This document shows positions 1-9,229 of a stretch of DNA of 64,000 bases, in pieces. The notes under the pieces are model-generated. The model saw nothing but the letters and a program-made list of their open reading frames with translations, did not search any database and was not told the DNA's origin. A program made the translations under genes and the position numbers. This DNA comes from Dehalococcoidia bacterium (lineage in GTDB: Bacteria > Chloroflexota > Dehalococcoidia > UBA2979). Each line of letters begins with the position of its first letter. Position 1 is the stretch's first letter. The stretch covers positions 640,001-704,000 of the forward strand of contig CAXXDN010000002.1 of assembly GCA_963667465.2 (NCBI GenBank). Reading direction: 5' to 3'.

Positions 1-1
1 C

Positions 2-1696
2 GCCTCGATCGTCAAGGAGCTGATCGAGAATGCGCTCGACGCGGGCGCGGGGCGGATCGAGGTCGCCGTCGAGAGCGGCGGGATCGACCGCATTCGCGTG
101 CGCGACGATGGCTGCGGGATTCCCGCCGATCAGCTCGCCGACGCCTTTGAGCGGCACGCGACCTCGAAGCTGCGCCGCGCAGAGGAGCTGTTCGCGGTGC
201 GCTCGCTCGGCTTTCGCGGCGAAGCGCTGGCGGCGATCGTCGCCGCCGCCGAGGTGGACTGCACGACGCGCGTGGCGGGGGAGTCGGCGGCGGCGACCGC
301 GCGCTATCGCGGCGGGCGGCCGGCGGCGCAGGGCAGTGCCGCGGGCGCGCCGGGGACGAGCATCGAGGTGCGCGATCTGTTCGCGACGCTGCCGGCGCGG
401 CGCGCCTTCCTGCGTTCGCCGCGCGCCGAGGCGCGGGCGGTGGCGCGCGTGCTCGAGGACTACGCGCTCGCCTACCCGGCGGTTGCCTTCCGGCTGGAGC
501 TGGACGGGCGCGCGGCGCTGGCCAGTCCCGGGGACGGCGCGGCGCGCTCGGCCTGGGCGGCCGTCTACGACGCCGAGTCGGCGGGCGCGCTGCTGGCGCT
601 CGATCATCGCGAGCCCGTCGAGGGCGGCGTGCTGGGGGTGAGCGGGCTGGCCGGGCCGCCCGCGCTGCACCGCGGCAACCGCGGCGCGCTGCACCTCGTG
701 GCGAACGGGCGGGCGATCGGCGACCGCGCGCTGAGCTTCGCGGTCGAGCGCGCCTACGAGGGGCTGCTGCCGGTCGGGCGGCACCCGCTCGGGCTGCTGC
801 GCGTCGACCTCCCGCCGGAACTGATCGATGTCAACGTGCACCCGACGAAGGCCGAGGTGCGTTTCCGCGACGAGCGGGCGGTGGCGCGCGCCATGGGCGC
901 GGCGCTGCGGGCCGCCCTCGCGGGCGCCCCCGCGCCCGAGGGCCCGCCGCTTGCGGGGAGCGTGAGCGCGCCGTGGATTGCGCCGCCCAGCGCTGCCGCC
1001 GAGGGCGCCGCGCTGCCCTCGGCGGCAGCGCTGCTGCGCTCGGCGCGGCCGGCCGAGCCGCGTGAGGAGCCGGTGGAGCGGCCGGGGCTGCCGCTCGCCG
1101 AGCAGCTGCCGGCGCTGCGCCCGCTCGGGCAGGTCGACGAGACCTTCCTCGTGGCCGAGGCGCCGGACGGGCTCTGCCTCGTCGACCAGCACGCGGCGCA
1201 CGAGCGTGTGCTGTATGAGCGCGTGCGCGCGCAGCTCGCGGCCGGCGAGCCTGCCGCGCAGCCGCTGCTGCAGGCCGTGGTCGCGCCGCTCAGCGCCTCG
1301 CAGGCGGCGCTCGCGGCGGCCGAGGCGGAGCCGCTGGCGGCGCTTGGCTGGGTGCTGGAGGCGACCGACGACGCGGCGCTGATCGTGCGTGCGCTGCCGG
1401 CCTTGCTGGGGGATGGCGATCCCGGTACGGCGCTGGCGGAACTGCTCGACCGCATGGAGGCGGAGGAGCGGCTCTCGGGGCCGGACCGCACGGCGGCAAG
1501 CCTCGCCTGCCGCGCGGCGATCCGCGCCGGCGACCGCGTGAGTGAGGCGGAGCAGCGCGAGCTGCTGGCCGCCCTCGAGCGCTGCGCGCAGCCGCAGACC
1601 TGCCCGCACGGCCGCCCGACGCTGTTGCATCTCAGCCGCGAGCAGCTGCGCCGCTCCTTCGGGCGGCCGGCCGGGCCGGCGCGCCAGGACGCGTAG
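2..1696 (+). CDS. mutL: DNA mismatch repair endonuclease MutL (5'-truncated by window edge)
   Basis: Frame open from base 2: SIVKELIENALDAGA, DDGCGI, RHATSK, LGFRGEAL, DVNVHPTKAEVRF. C-terminal endonuclease motifs DQHAAHERVLYE, ACR and CPHGRP. Confidence 0.97.
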   Translation, partial: ASIVKELIENALDAGAGRIEVAVESGGIDRIRVRDDGCGIPADQLADAFERHATSKLRRAEELFAVRSLGFRGEALAAIVAAAEVDCTTRVAGESAAATARYRGGRPAAQGSAAGAPGTSIEVRDLFATLPARRAFLRSPRAEARAVARVLEDYALAYPAVAFRLELDGRAALASPGDGAARSAWAAVYDAESAGALLALDHREPVEGGVLGVSGLAGPPALHRGNRGALHLVANGRAIGDRALSFAVERAYEGLLPVGRHPLGLLRVDLPPELIDVNVHPTKAEVRFRDERAVARAMGAALRAALAGAPAPEGPPLAGSVSAPWIAPPSAAAEGAALPSAAALLRSARPAEPREEPVERPGLPLAEQLPALRPLGQVDETFLVAEAPDGLCLVDQHAAHERVLYERVRAQLAAGEPAAQPLLQAVVAPLSASQAALAAAEAEPLAALGWVLEATDDAALIVRALPALLGDGDPGTALAELLDRMEAEERLSGPDRTAASLACRAAIRAGDRVSEAEQRELLAALERCAQPQTCPHGRPTLLHLSREQLRRSFGRPAGPARQDA

Positions 1697-2620
1697 CTAC
1701 CCGAAGAGCAGCTCCCAGGCGCGCTCGAGCTCGGGACGCGACGCCGCGAGCGCCGCGTCCGGCCTCGAGGGCGGCTGGCCGCGCGCGGCCGCCGCGGCGG
1801 CGGCGTGCAGCCAGCGGCCGGTGGCGTCGCCAGGCGGCGCGCCCGCGCGGGCGGCGGCGACGAGCAGCGAGGGCTGCTCGAGTGGCGCGATCAGCGCCTC
1901 GACGCCCGCGCCGCAGGCGGCGGCGGCGTAGAGGGCGCGCAGCGCAGCGCGCAGCGACGGCGTCGCAGCGGCGACATAACCTGCGTTTCCGGCGGCGAGC
2001 AGCGGCCGCAGCCGCGGCCTCTCGTTGCTGGCGGCGAGCGCACGCACGAGCTCGATCGCACGGCCGGGAGGCGCGGGCGGCGGCGCGGCGAGGCAGTCGA
2101 ACCAGGCCTCGGCGAGGCCGGCCCCGGCAAGCAGAACGCGCGCTTCGCTGGCGGCGAGCAGCAGGGCTTCGCGGTCTGCGCGGGCGCTGCCGGCGGGGGA
2201 GACGACGACGTGCGCGCCGGCCGTTGCGGCGGCGTCGAGCAGCTCGCGCGCGCCGGGGCGACCGGGGAAGACGGCGTTGACCGTGACGGGCGGCGGGATC
2301 TCCGCGAGCACCGCCGTCAACGCCTCGTGGCTGCCGCAGTCGAGCCAGAGCGGGACGCCGGGCTCCGCACCGCGGATCGCCGCCGCGGCCCAGGCGAGGT
2401 CGTTCGCGAGCCGGGCGGGCGGGACGCCGTCGCCGAGGCCGAGATTGAGGTCGAGCGCGACGCGCTCGAGCCCGGCGGCGCGTGCTGCCTCCAGCTGGCG
2501 GCGGGCGCGGGTGATCAGCGGCTGGGGACTACGGCGGCGCAGCGCCCTGGCGAGCGGGTCGCGCCACAGCTCGAGCGACTGGCCGACGAGCAGCGGGGCG
2601 GCGTTGGTTAGCGGAGGCAT
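1697..2620 (-). CDS. Pterin-binding TIM-barrel protein, AcsE/MeTr-like (methyltetrahydrofolate:corrinoid methyltransferase family), divergent
   Basis: ATG at 2620. Spaced motifs ALDLN, LWLDC, TVNAV, WFDCL and AAGNA parallel the AcsE motifs ALDLN, LCLDS, MINS, YIDP and GLSN. Confidence 0.6.
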   Translation of the reverse strand: MPPLTNAAPLLVGQSLELWRDPLARALRRRSPQPLITRARRQLEAARAAGLERVALDLNLGLGDGVPPARLANDLAWAAAAIRGAEPGVPLWLDCGSHEALTAVLAEIPPPVTVNAVFPGRPGARELLDAAATAGAHVVVSPAGSARADREALLLAASEARVLLAGAGLAEAWFDCLAAPPPAPPGRAIELVRALAASNERPRLRPLLAAGNAGYVAAATPSLRAALRALYAAAACGAGVEALIAPLEQPSLLVAAARAGAPPGDATGRWLHAAAAAAARGQPPSRPDAALAASRPELERAWELLFG

Positions 2621-2636
2621 CGGGGCGCCGAAGGGA

Positions 2637-4157
2637 TCAGAACAGCTCCGGGAGGCCCGCGCGGCGCTCGCGCCACTCGATGAGCCGGCCGACCGTGCGG
2701 GCGGCGCGCGGTAGCGAGGGGAAGACGGCGAGCCCGTGCGCATAGGCCAGCTCCAGCACCTCGTCGGTGAGCCAGCGCTCGACGCCGCGGGCGCGGCGCA
2801 CGCCGATCACGGGGCGCTCGGCCTCGGCCTGGAGGTCGATCAGGTCCTGCATCGATTGCTTCTCAGCGAGCAGGCGGCGCTCCTCGCGGCGTCGCTCGCG
2901 CTCCGGGTCGGGCTTCGATCCCGGGGCCGGCGGGTCGACCCAGCTCGGCGCGCTCCCGGTGGTGACGAACAGCGCGTCGATGTCCGGGGCGTGCGCGGCG
3001 ACGCGCAGCAGCTCGCGCAGTGAGTCCTCGCGGGCGCCGCCGGAGTGGAAGTGGCTGGCGTCGATCGGGTTGCGGATGCTGTTACCGGCGACGGGCATGA
3101 GGCGGCGCAATTCGGCCGTCGTCTCCTCGGCAAGCTCCGGGAGGTCGACCCCGACGTTGGCCATCGCGTCGGCGGCGAGGACGGAGAAGCCGCCGCCGCC
3201 GCCGACCATCATCGCGCGCGGGCCCTGGACGTGGCGCAGGTTGGTGCTGACGCCGATCAGCAGGTCGTGCAGCTCGGTCATCGTCGCGGCACGGATCGCG
3301 CCGGTCTGGCGGCACATCGCCTCGAAGACGTCGCGCGAGCCGGCGAGCGATCCGGTGTGCGAGCTGGCGGCGCGCGCCCCGGCGGCGGTGAGGCCGCCCT
3401 TGAGGATGATCGTCGGCTTGACGCGCGCGCAGCGCCGCACCGCCTCGAACAGCGCGCGCCCGCCGTCCGCGCCCTCGAGGTAGGAGATCACGTACTCCGT
3501 GGCGGGGTCCGCGGCGGCGTAGTCGAACAGCTCGGGTGCGGCGACGTCGGCGGCGTTGCCGAAGGAGACGAGCTTGGAGAAGCGCACGCCGCGCAGCGCG
3601 AGGCCAAAGATGATGTCCATGGCGTTACCGCCGGACTGGGAGATCGCCATCACGTTGCCGGACTCGGAGGGGAAGCCGTTCTGGAAGGCGATCTTCTCGC
3701 CGGGAACGTAGAGGCCCATGCAATTGGGCCCGATCACGCGGATGCCGGCGTCGATCGCCCGCGCCATCAGCTGCTCCTGGAGCCTCGCCAGCTCCGGGTC
3801 GCCGATCTCGGCGAAGCCGGCGGTGTAGAAGTGGATCGAGCGCACGCCCTTCTCGATCGACTGCTCGATGAGCCCCTCGACGGCGCGCGCCGGGACGCTC
3901 GAGATCACGTGATCGACGGGGCCGGGCGTATCGAGCAGCGACGGGTAGGAGGGCAGCCCGCGAATCTCGTCGGTGTTCGGGTTGACGAGGTAGAGCGGCT
4001 TCTCCTTGTGGAAGCCGTGCTCCAGCAGGGCGAGCAGGAAGCCGCCGCCGCCGCCCGGTGCGCTCACCTCGCGCGGGACGCCGACGATCGCGATCGAGCC
4101 CGGGTGAAAGATCGGATCCAGCGGGTGCGGGGAGGTGTTCGCGGGCGCGTCGCTCAT
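2637..4157 (-). CDS. Acyl-CoA synthetase (NDP-forming) alpha-subunit-like CoA-binding protein
   Basis: FHPGSIAIVG, RVIGPNCMG, ISQSGG, SFGNAAD, phospho-His motif ASSHTGSLAG, NPID. No ATP-grasp domain. Confidence 0.9.
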   Translation of the reverse strand: MSDAPANTSPHPLDPIFHPGSIAIVGVPREVSAPGGGGGFLLALLEHGFHKEKPLYLVNPNTDEIRGLPSYPSLLDTPGPVDHVISSVPARAVEGLIEQSIEKGVRSIHFYTAGFAEIGDPELARLQEQLMARAIDAGIRVIGPNCMGLYVPGEKIAFQNGFPSESGNVMAISQSGGNAMDIIFGLALRGVRFSKLVSFGNAADVAAPELFDYAAADPATEYVISYLEGADGGRALFEAVRRCARVKPTIILKGGLTAAGARAASSHTGSLAGSRDVFEAMCRQTGAIRAATMTELHDLLIGVSTNLRHVQGPRAMMVGGGGGFSVLAADAMANVGVDLPELAEETTAELRRLMPVAGNSIRNPIDASHFHSGGAREDSLRELLRVAAHAPDIDALFVTTGSAPSWVDPPAPGSKPDPERERRREERRLLAEKQSMQDLIDLQAEAERPVIGVRRARGVERWLTDEVLELAYAHGLAVFPSLPRAARTVGRLIEWRERRAGLPELF

Positions 4158-4256
4158 CGGCTCACTCTCGCTACCCGCCGGACGGTTCGCTGTGCACGGC
4201 GCGCGCAACGCGCCCGATTGTAGCGCGCGGGCGCTTATGCGGGAGTCGTGCGCTGC

Positions 4257-5078
4257 TCAGAAGGAGGTCGCGGCCGTGAAGTGCGAGGCGTCGGGGACGC
4301 GGTAGCGCGACCAGCCGAGGTCCTCGACACGCGGTGCGGCGCCGGGGGGCGTCACGCGGCGCAGCGTGCGCGCGGAGAGCAGGCCCGCCTCGTGCGCGGG
4401 TGGCTCCACCTCGATCGCGACGGCGGGCAGAGCAGGTTCCGGCGCGCGGAACGCCGCCGCGACCTCCGAGTCGTCCGAGCTGATCTCGAGCAGCAGGGGG
4501 AAGGGGTGGGGGTTGCGAAAGCGCAGGTCGAGCACGCCGTACTCGATCGTCGCGTCGCGCCCGAGCTCGAAGTAGCGCGCCTCGCCGTAGCTGTCGACGG
4601 AGTGCGCGTGCCGCTCCACGATCTCGAGCGCGGCAAGCAGTCCGGCGTTGTACAGCACGGTGGAGAGCAGGCAGACGGCGCCGCCGGCCTCGGCCGTGAG
4701 CCGGCCGTCGACGATCGCCGCACCCTCCAGGTAGCCGTGCCGCGCGCTTGGCCGGCCGGTCCGGCGCCAGAGGGAGAGCACCTCGCCGGGGTCGATGCGC
4801 GTGCCGTCGAGGGCGGCGGCCATCAGTCGCTGGTTGTGCCGTTTGCCCTCGGCGAGGTGCACCTGGCCGGGGTAGATCTGCAGCGGCAGGCGGTAGCCCT
4901 CGAAACTGTGGGGGAAGGCGTCCAGTGAGCCGCGCCCGGCTGCGAAGGGGACGCCGTCGCGCCGATCGCGGAACTCACGGCGCAGGCGCGCCAGCTCGGT
5001 CCGCAGGCGGCGCGGCAGCCAGCGCCGGGCGAGGCGGCGCGATGCCGGGACGGTGGGCGCAGGCGGCGGGTGCGGCAT
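4257..5078 (-). CDS. VanW family protein
   Basis: IDPGEVLSLW..TG..GY..G..I..G, GGAVCLLSTVLYNA, IVERHAHS, GRDATI..G.LDLRFRN. ATG at 5078, 8 nt after TATACT. Confidence 0.85.
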   Translation of the reverse strand: MPHPPPAPTVPASRRLARRWLPRRLRTELARLRREFRDRRDGVPFAAGRGSLDAFPHSFEGYRLPLQIYPGQVHLAEGKRHNQRLMAAALDGTRIDPGEVLSLWRRTGRPSARHGYLEGAAIVDGRLTAEAGGAVCLLSTVLYNAGLLAALEIVERHAHSVDSYGEARYFELGRDATIEYGVLDLRFRNPHPFPLLLEISSDDSEVAAAFRAPEPALPAVAIEVEPPAHEAGLLSARTLRRVTPPGAAPRVEDLGWSRYRVPDASHFTAATSF

Positions 5079-5135
5079 CCCGTTCGAGTATAGGCGGCCG
5101 AGCGCGGGCCGCGGGTGGCGGCGGCGGACAACAAA

Positions 5136-5163
5136 ACGCCGGGCGGCCCGAGCCGCCCGGCGT
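5136..5163 (-). terminator. Intrinsic terminator after crotonase gene
   Basis: 12-bp perfect stem ACGCCGGGCGGC/GCCGCCCGGCGT with 4-nt loop, followed by TTTGTTGT on the minus strand. Confidence 0.8.
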
Positions 5164-5185
5164 GCTGTTCGGATCCTCGCGAGGC

Positions 5186-5974
5186 CTAGCGGCCGTGGAA
5201 GATCGGCTGGCGCTTCTCGGCGAAGGCGGCCGCGGCCTCCTTCGTGTCGTCCAGCTTCATCAGGCCGCCCATCGCCTGCGGGAAGGCGATGCCGAACTGG
5301 TAGGTCTCGGGGCGCGGGCGCGCCATCATCAGCTGCTGCTTCGTGACCTGAACGTGGACCGGCGGCAGGCCGGCGATCTCCTGGGCCAGCTCCATCGCGG
5401 TGCTCATGATGTCCTCGGGCGCGGTCACGTGGTTGACGAGGCCGAGCTCGTAGGCGCGCTGCGCCGTGATCTGGTGGCCGCGCAGCACGATCTCGGAGCC
5501 GGGCAGCCAGGGCAGGTTGTTGAGGATCGGCACGAACGCCGGGCCGATGATGCCGGTCGGCAGCTCGGACATGGCGAAGCGGGCGTTGTCCGCGGCGACG
5601 ACGATGTCGGAGCCGCAGCACATGTACCAGCCGGCGCCCCAGGCGCCGCCCTGGACGGCGGAGATGATCGGCTTGTCGGTCTCGGGGACCAGGTAGAGTC
5701 CGAAGATGTCGGCGCGGGAGGCGCCCCTGGCGCCCATGGTGTTGCCACCCCGCTCGGCCTGCTCGCGGATGTCGCGGCCGGCGCAGAAGATGCGGCCTTC
5801 GGCGCTGAGCACGACGCAACGCACGTTGTCGTCGCCCATCGCCTCCATCCAGGCGCCGCCGAGCTCGTCGCCCATCTGCTCGCCGAAGGCGTTGAGCCGC
5901 TCGGGCCGGTTCATGATGATGTTGGCGACGTGCCCGTCCACCTCGTACTTGACGTACTCTGCCTCGTAGGCCAT
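5186..5974 (-). CDS. Enoyl-CoA hydratase/isomerase (crotonase) family protein, paralog 1
   Basis: MNRPERLNA, FCAGRDI, KPIISAVQGGAWGAG, A..AYELGLVNHV, AFAEKRQPIFHGR. Confidence 0.92.
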   Translation of the reverse strand: MAYEAEYVKYEVDGHVANIIMNRPERLNAFGEQMGDELGGAWMEAMGDDNVRCVVLSAEGRIFCAGRDIREQAERGGNTMGARGASRADIFGLYLVPETDKPIISAVQGGAWGAGWYMCCGSDIVVAADNARFAMSELPTGIIGPAFVPILNNLPWLPGSEIVLRGHQITAQRAYELGLVNHVTAPEDIMSTAMELAQEIAGLPPVHVQVTKQQLMMARPRPETYQFGIAFPQAMGGLMKLDDTKEAAAAFAEKRQPIFHGR

Positions 5975-6234
5975 CTGCGCTCCCTGTTCCTCGCTCCTGT
6001 GTGTCTGTCCGATGCGCGTACGCTGTGTCTCGCCGCAGGCCCGGGCGCCGCTCGAAACGGCGGCGTGCCCGAACACTCCGCGACCGGCTCGCACCCTACA
6101 CGACGGGCCGGGGAGGGGCAACGCGGCCGGGCGCCCGGCTGCTCCTTGCGCCACAGTGAGCCGAGTCGTGCTATACCGGCCTTCGCCGCCCGCCACACCC
6201 CGGGCGCGATGGCGCAGCGCGAAGGAGCCGCGAG

Positions 6235-7326
6235 ATGCAGTCGAAAGCAGCGATCTTCACCGAGCCGGGCCAGCCCCTCCTCGTCGAGGACGTCGAGTAC
6301 GGCGAGCCGGGGCCGGGCGAGGTGCTCGTGCGCAACTTCTCCTCCGGCATCTGCCACTCGCAGCTGCACCAGATGCATGGCCCGCGCGCCGTGCCGGGCC
6401 CCTTCATGCTCGGCCACGAAGCGACCAGCGAGGTCGTCGCGGTCGGCGAGGGCGTCGACCACGTCGCCTCCGGCGACATCGTCTTCCTCACCTGGATCCC
6501 GCGCGACGCAGCGCCCGGCGACGGGCAGCCGCCGCAGCTCACGGGCGAGATCCGCTGGCGAGGCGAGAACATCGCGCGCGGAATCTACACCTGGTCCGAG
6601 CACACCCTTGCCCGCCAGGAGTACGTCGTGCGCGTGCCCGACGACGTGGCCCGCGACGTCACGAGCATCATCGGCTGCGCCGTGATGACCGGCGCCGGCG
6701 CCGTGCTCAACACGGCGAACGTGCAGCGCGGCCAGTCGGCCGCCGTCTTCGGCGTCGGCGGAGTTGGCCTCTCCGCGATCACCGCGCTCGCCGTGCGCGA
6801 GGCGGACCCGATCATCGCCGTCGACCTCGACGACGCGAAGCTGGAGCTGGCGAAGCACTTCGGCGCGACCGTGGGCGTGAACGCCGCCGAGCGCGACGCG
6901 GTGACGGCGATCGGCGAGCTGACGGGGCCGGGCACGACGAACTGGTTCAACCAGCCGACGAGCGGGCTGGAGTTCGCCTTCGACTGCATCGGCAAGGAGA
7001 TCACGATGCACCAGATCGCCGAGGCGGTGCGGCCCGGTGACATCACGAACACGCGCGGCGGCACGGCGGTGCTGGTCGGCGTCCCGGACGGCGAGGCCTC
7101 GCTGAACATGCTCGACATCCTGCGCGGCGAGAAGCGCTTCATCGGCTCCTACGGCGGATCCTGCCGCCCCGATCGCGACTTCCCGGAGTTCATCCGCTGG
7201 CACAAGGAGGGAATGCTGGACCTCGAAGCGCTGGTCACCGAGCGGGTCGCCCTCGACGACATCAACGACGCCACGGAGCGCCTGCGCCGCGGCGAGATCG
7301 CCGGCCGCTCGATCATCGAGTTTTAG
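6235..7326 (+). CDS. Zinc-binding MDR alcohol dehydrogenase, lacking structural-Zn cysteine cluster
   Basis: GICHSQ, LGHEA, GCAVMTG, Rossmann motif VFGVGGVG. SD AAGGAG upstream. Confidence 0.9.
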   Translation: MQSKAAIFTEPGQPLLVEDVEYGEPGPGEVLVRNFSSGICHSQLHQMHGPRAVPGPFMLGHEATSEVVAVGEGVDHVASGDIVFLTWIPRDAAPGDGQPPQLTGEIRWRGENIARGIYTWSEHTLARQEYVVRVPDDVARDVTSIIGCAVMTGAGAVLNTANVQRGQSAAVFGVGGVGLSAITALAVREADPIIAVDLDDAKLELAKHFGATVGVNAAERDAVTAIGELTGPGTTNWFNQPTSGLEFAFDCIGKEITMHQIAEAVRPGDITNTRGGTAVLVGVPDGEASLNMLDILRGEKRFIGSYGGSCRPDRDFPEFIRWHKEGMLDLEALVTERVALDDINDATERLRRGEIAGRSIIEF

Positions 7327-7367
7327 CCGCGAGGGCGCGGGCCCTCCACGCCTCGAGGTTGCGGCGG

Positions 7368-8165
7368 CTAGCGGCCCTGGAAGACCGGCGTGCGCCGCTC
7401 GGCGAAGGCGGCTGCCGCCTCCTTCGTGTCCTCGAGTGGCAGCAGGCTCTGGAAGGCCTGCGGGAACGCGATCCCGTGCTGGTAGGTGGACGGCCGCGGG
7501 CGCGCCATCAGCAGCTGCTGCTTCGTCACCTGCACATGCACCGGCGGCAGCCCCGCGATCTCCTCGGCGAGTTCTCGAGCGGTGTTCACCACGTCGTCCG
7601 CGGGGACGACGTGGTTGACGAGGCCAAGCTCGTAGGCCCGCTGCGCCGGGATCTGGTGGCCGCGCAGCACGATCTCAGAGCCCGGCAACCAGGGCAGGTT
7701 ATCGAGGATCGGCACGAACGCAGGCCCGATGATGCCCGTCGGCAGATGCGACATCGCGAAGCGCGCGTCCTCGGCAGCGACCACGATGTCGCTGCCGCAG
7801 CACATGAACCAGCCCGCGCCCCACGCGCCGCCGCGCACGGCCGCGATGATCGGCTTGTCCGTCTCGGGCACGTGGAAGAACCCGAGGACGTCGGCGCGCG
7901 AGGCGGCGATGCGGCCGTCGGAGCGGCGCTGCCGCCCTTCGAGTTCCCGCTGCTCGCGGATGTCGCGGCCAGCGCAGAAGACGCGGCCCTCGCCGGTGAG
8001 GATGACGCAACGCACCTCGTCGTCGCCCATTGCCTCCAGCCACGCCCCGCCGAGCTCGTCGGCGGTCTGCTCGCCGAAGGCGTTGAGCCGCTCCGGGCGA
8101 TTCATCGTGATCGTGGCGACGTGACCGTCCAGTTCGTACCTGACGAACTCCGCCTCGTAAGCCAT
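7368..8165 (-). CDS. Enoyl-CoA hydratase/isomerase family protein, paralog 2
   Basis: Closely similar to 5186..5974 (MAYEAE.V.YE.DGHVA, FCAGRDI, LPPVHVQVTKQQL). Confidence 0.92.
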   Translation of the reverse strand: MAYEAEFVRYELDGHVATITMNRPERLNAFGEQTADELGGAWLEAMGDDEVRCVILTGEGRVFCAGRDIREQRELEGRQRRSDGRIAASRADVLGFFHVPETDKPIIAAVRGGAWGAGWFMCCGSDIVVAAEDARFAMSHLPTGIIGPAFVPILDNLPWLPGSEIVLRGHQIPAQRAYELGLVNHVVPADDVVNTARELAEEIAGLPPVHVQVTKQQLLMARPRPSTYQHGIAFPQAFQSLLPLEDTKEAAAAFAERRTPVFQGR

Positions 8166-8193
8166 CCGGGCGGTGCTCCCTTCTGGCGGCGCG

Positions 8194-9141
8194 CTACGCC
8201 TCGCCGCTGAGGAAGCGCCGGGGCACCTCGATCGTCATCAGGTCGATCGTCTCCTGCGGGACGCCGTCCTGCAGCAGCGCGGGCAGCGCGGTCGTGGAGA
8301 GGAACGTCCAGCCGTTCGGGCCCGTCGGGTCGTGCTCGATCTCGGTCTGGCCCTGCCGTAGCAGCGGCGTTGTGCCGTCGTGGCCGAGCATGATCTTGTC
8401 CGCCCAGCCGCGCTCGATCAGCGTCTTCACGCTCGCGTTGCGCTCCTCCCAGTTCGCCCGCCCCGGGCGGCCGGGGTAGCGGTCCATCGAGAGGTAGACG
8501 CCGGCCTTGAGCAGATCCTCGAGGTAGTCGACGTCCGTCGTGTCGGCGGAGTGGCCGATCGCCACGCGGTCCAGCGGCACGCCCTCCTCCTGGAAGATCT
8601 CGACCTGGCGGCGGCCCACCTCGAGCAGGGCCCAGTGGTGGGTCGAGATCGGCGTGCCGGTACGCTTGCAGGCGCGCGCCGCGCCACGGATCGTGGAGTC
8701 GTACGCCTCGGTGACGCCCTCCATGTCGTTGGCGACCTTGATCGCGCCGGCCTTGATGTCGGTGGTACCGATGCCGACCTCGATCTCGCGCACGAAGATA
8801 TCGGCGATCTCATCCGGGTCGCGGTTGGTGAAGGACATCGGCGCGACCCGCCACATCCCCGTCGCGCAGACGACGTGCATGCCGGACTGCTCCGACATCT
8901 CGCGCATCAGCTCCACGTCGCGCCCCAGGTCGGGTGTCGTCAGGTCGATCAGCGTCTGCACGCCGGCCGCGCGCGCCGCCGCGAGCCGCTCGAGGATCAC
9001 CCGCCGACTCGCGTCGAAGTCGTACAGCCACGGATACCAGTGGTTGTCCGCGCTGTTGCAGGTGAAGACGTGCTCGTGGCTGAGCGTGAACCCCAGCTCG
9101 CTGTCGTCGACTGGTCCAAGTACGGTCTCGACCTGCGCCAT
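8194..9141 (-). CDS. Phosphotriesterase-family (PTE/PLL) amidohydrolase
   Basis: VETVLGPV..ELGFTLSHEH, DLTTPDLGRD, carbamylated Lys in IKVA, STHH, IGHS, LGHD. Confidence 0.92.
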   Translation of the reverse strand: MAQVETVLGPVDDSELGFTLSHEHVFTCNSADNHWYPWLYDFDASRRVILERLAAARAAGVQTLIDLTTPDLGRDVELMREMSEQSGMHVVCATGMWRVAPMSFTNRDPDEIADIFVREIEVGIGTTDIKAGAIKVANDMEGVTEAYDSTIRGAARACKRTGTPISTHHWALLEVGRRQVEIFQEEGVPLDRVAIGHSADTTDVDYLEDLLKAGVYLSMDRYPGRPGRANWEERNASVKTLIERGWADKIMLGHDGTTPLLRQGQTEIEHDPTGPNGWTFLSTTALPALLQDGVPQETIDLMTIEVPRRFLSGEA

Positions 9142-9229
9142 CGCATCCTCCGCTTCCCCGCCGCGTGCACCTGAGCGGCGCCGCCGTCAGGATATGCTCT
9201 CGGCGCGAATCTTGCGGGAGGAACGGGTG

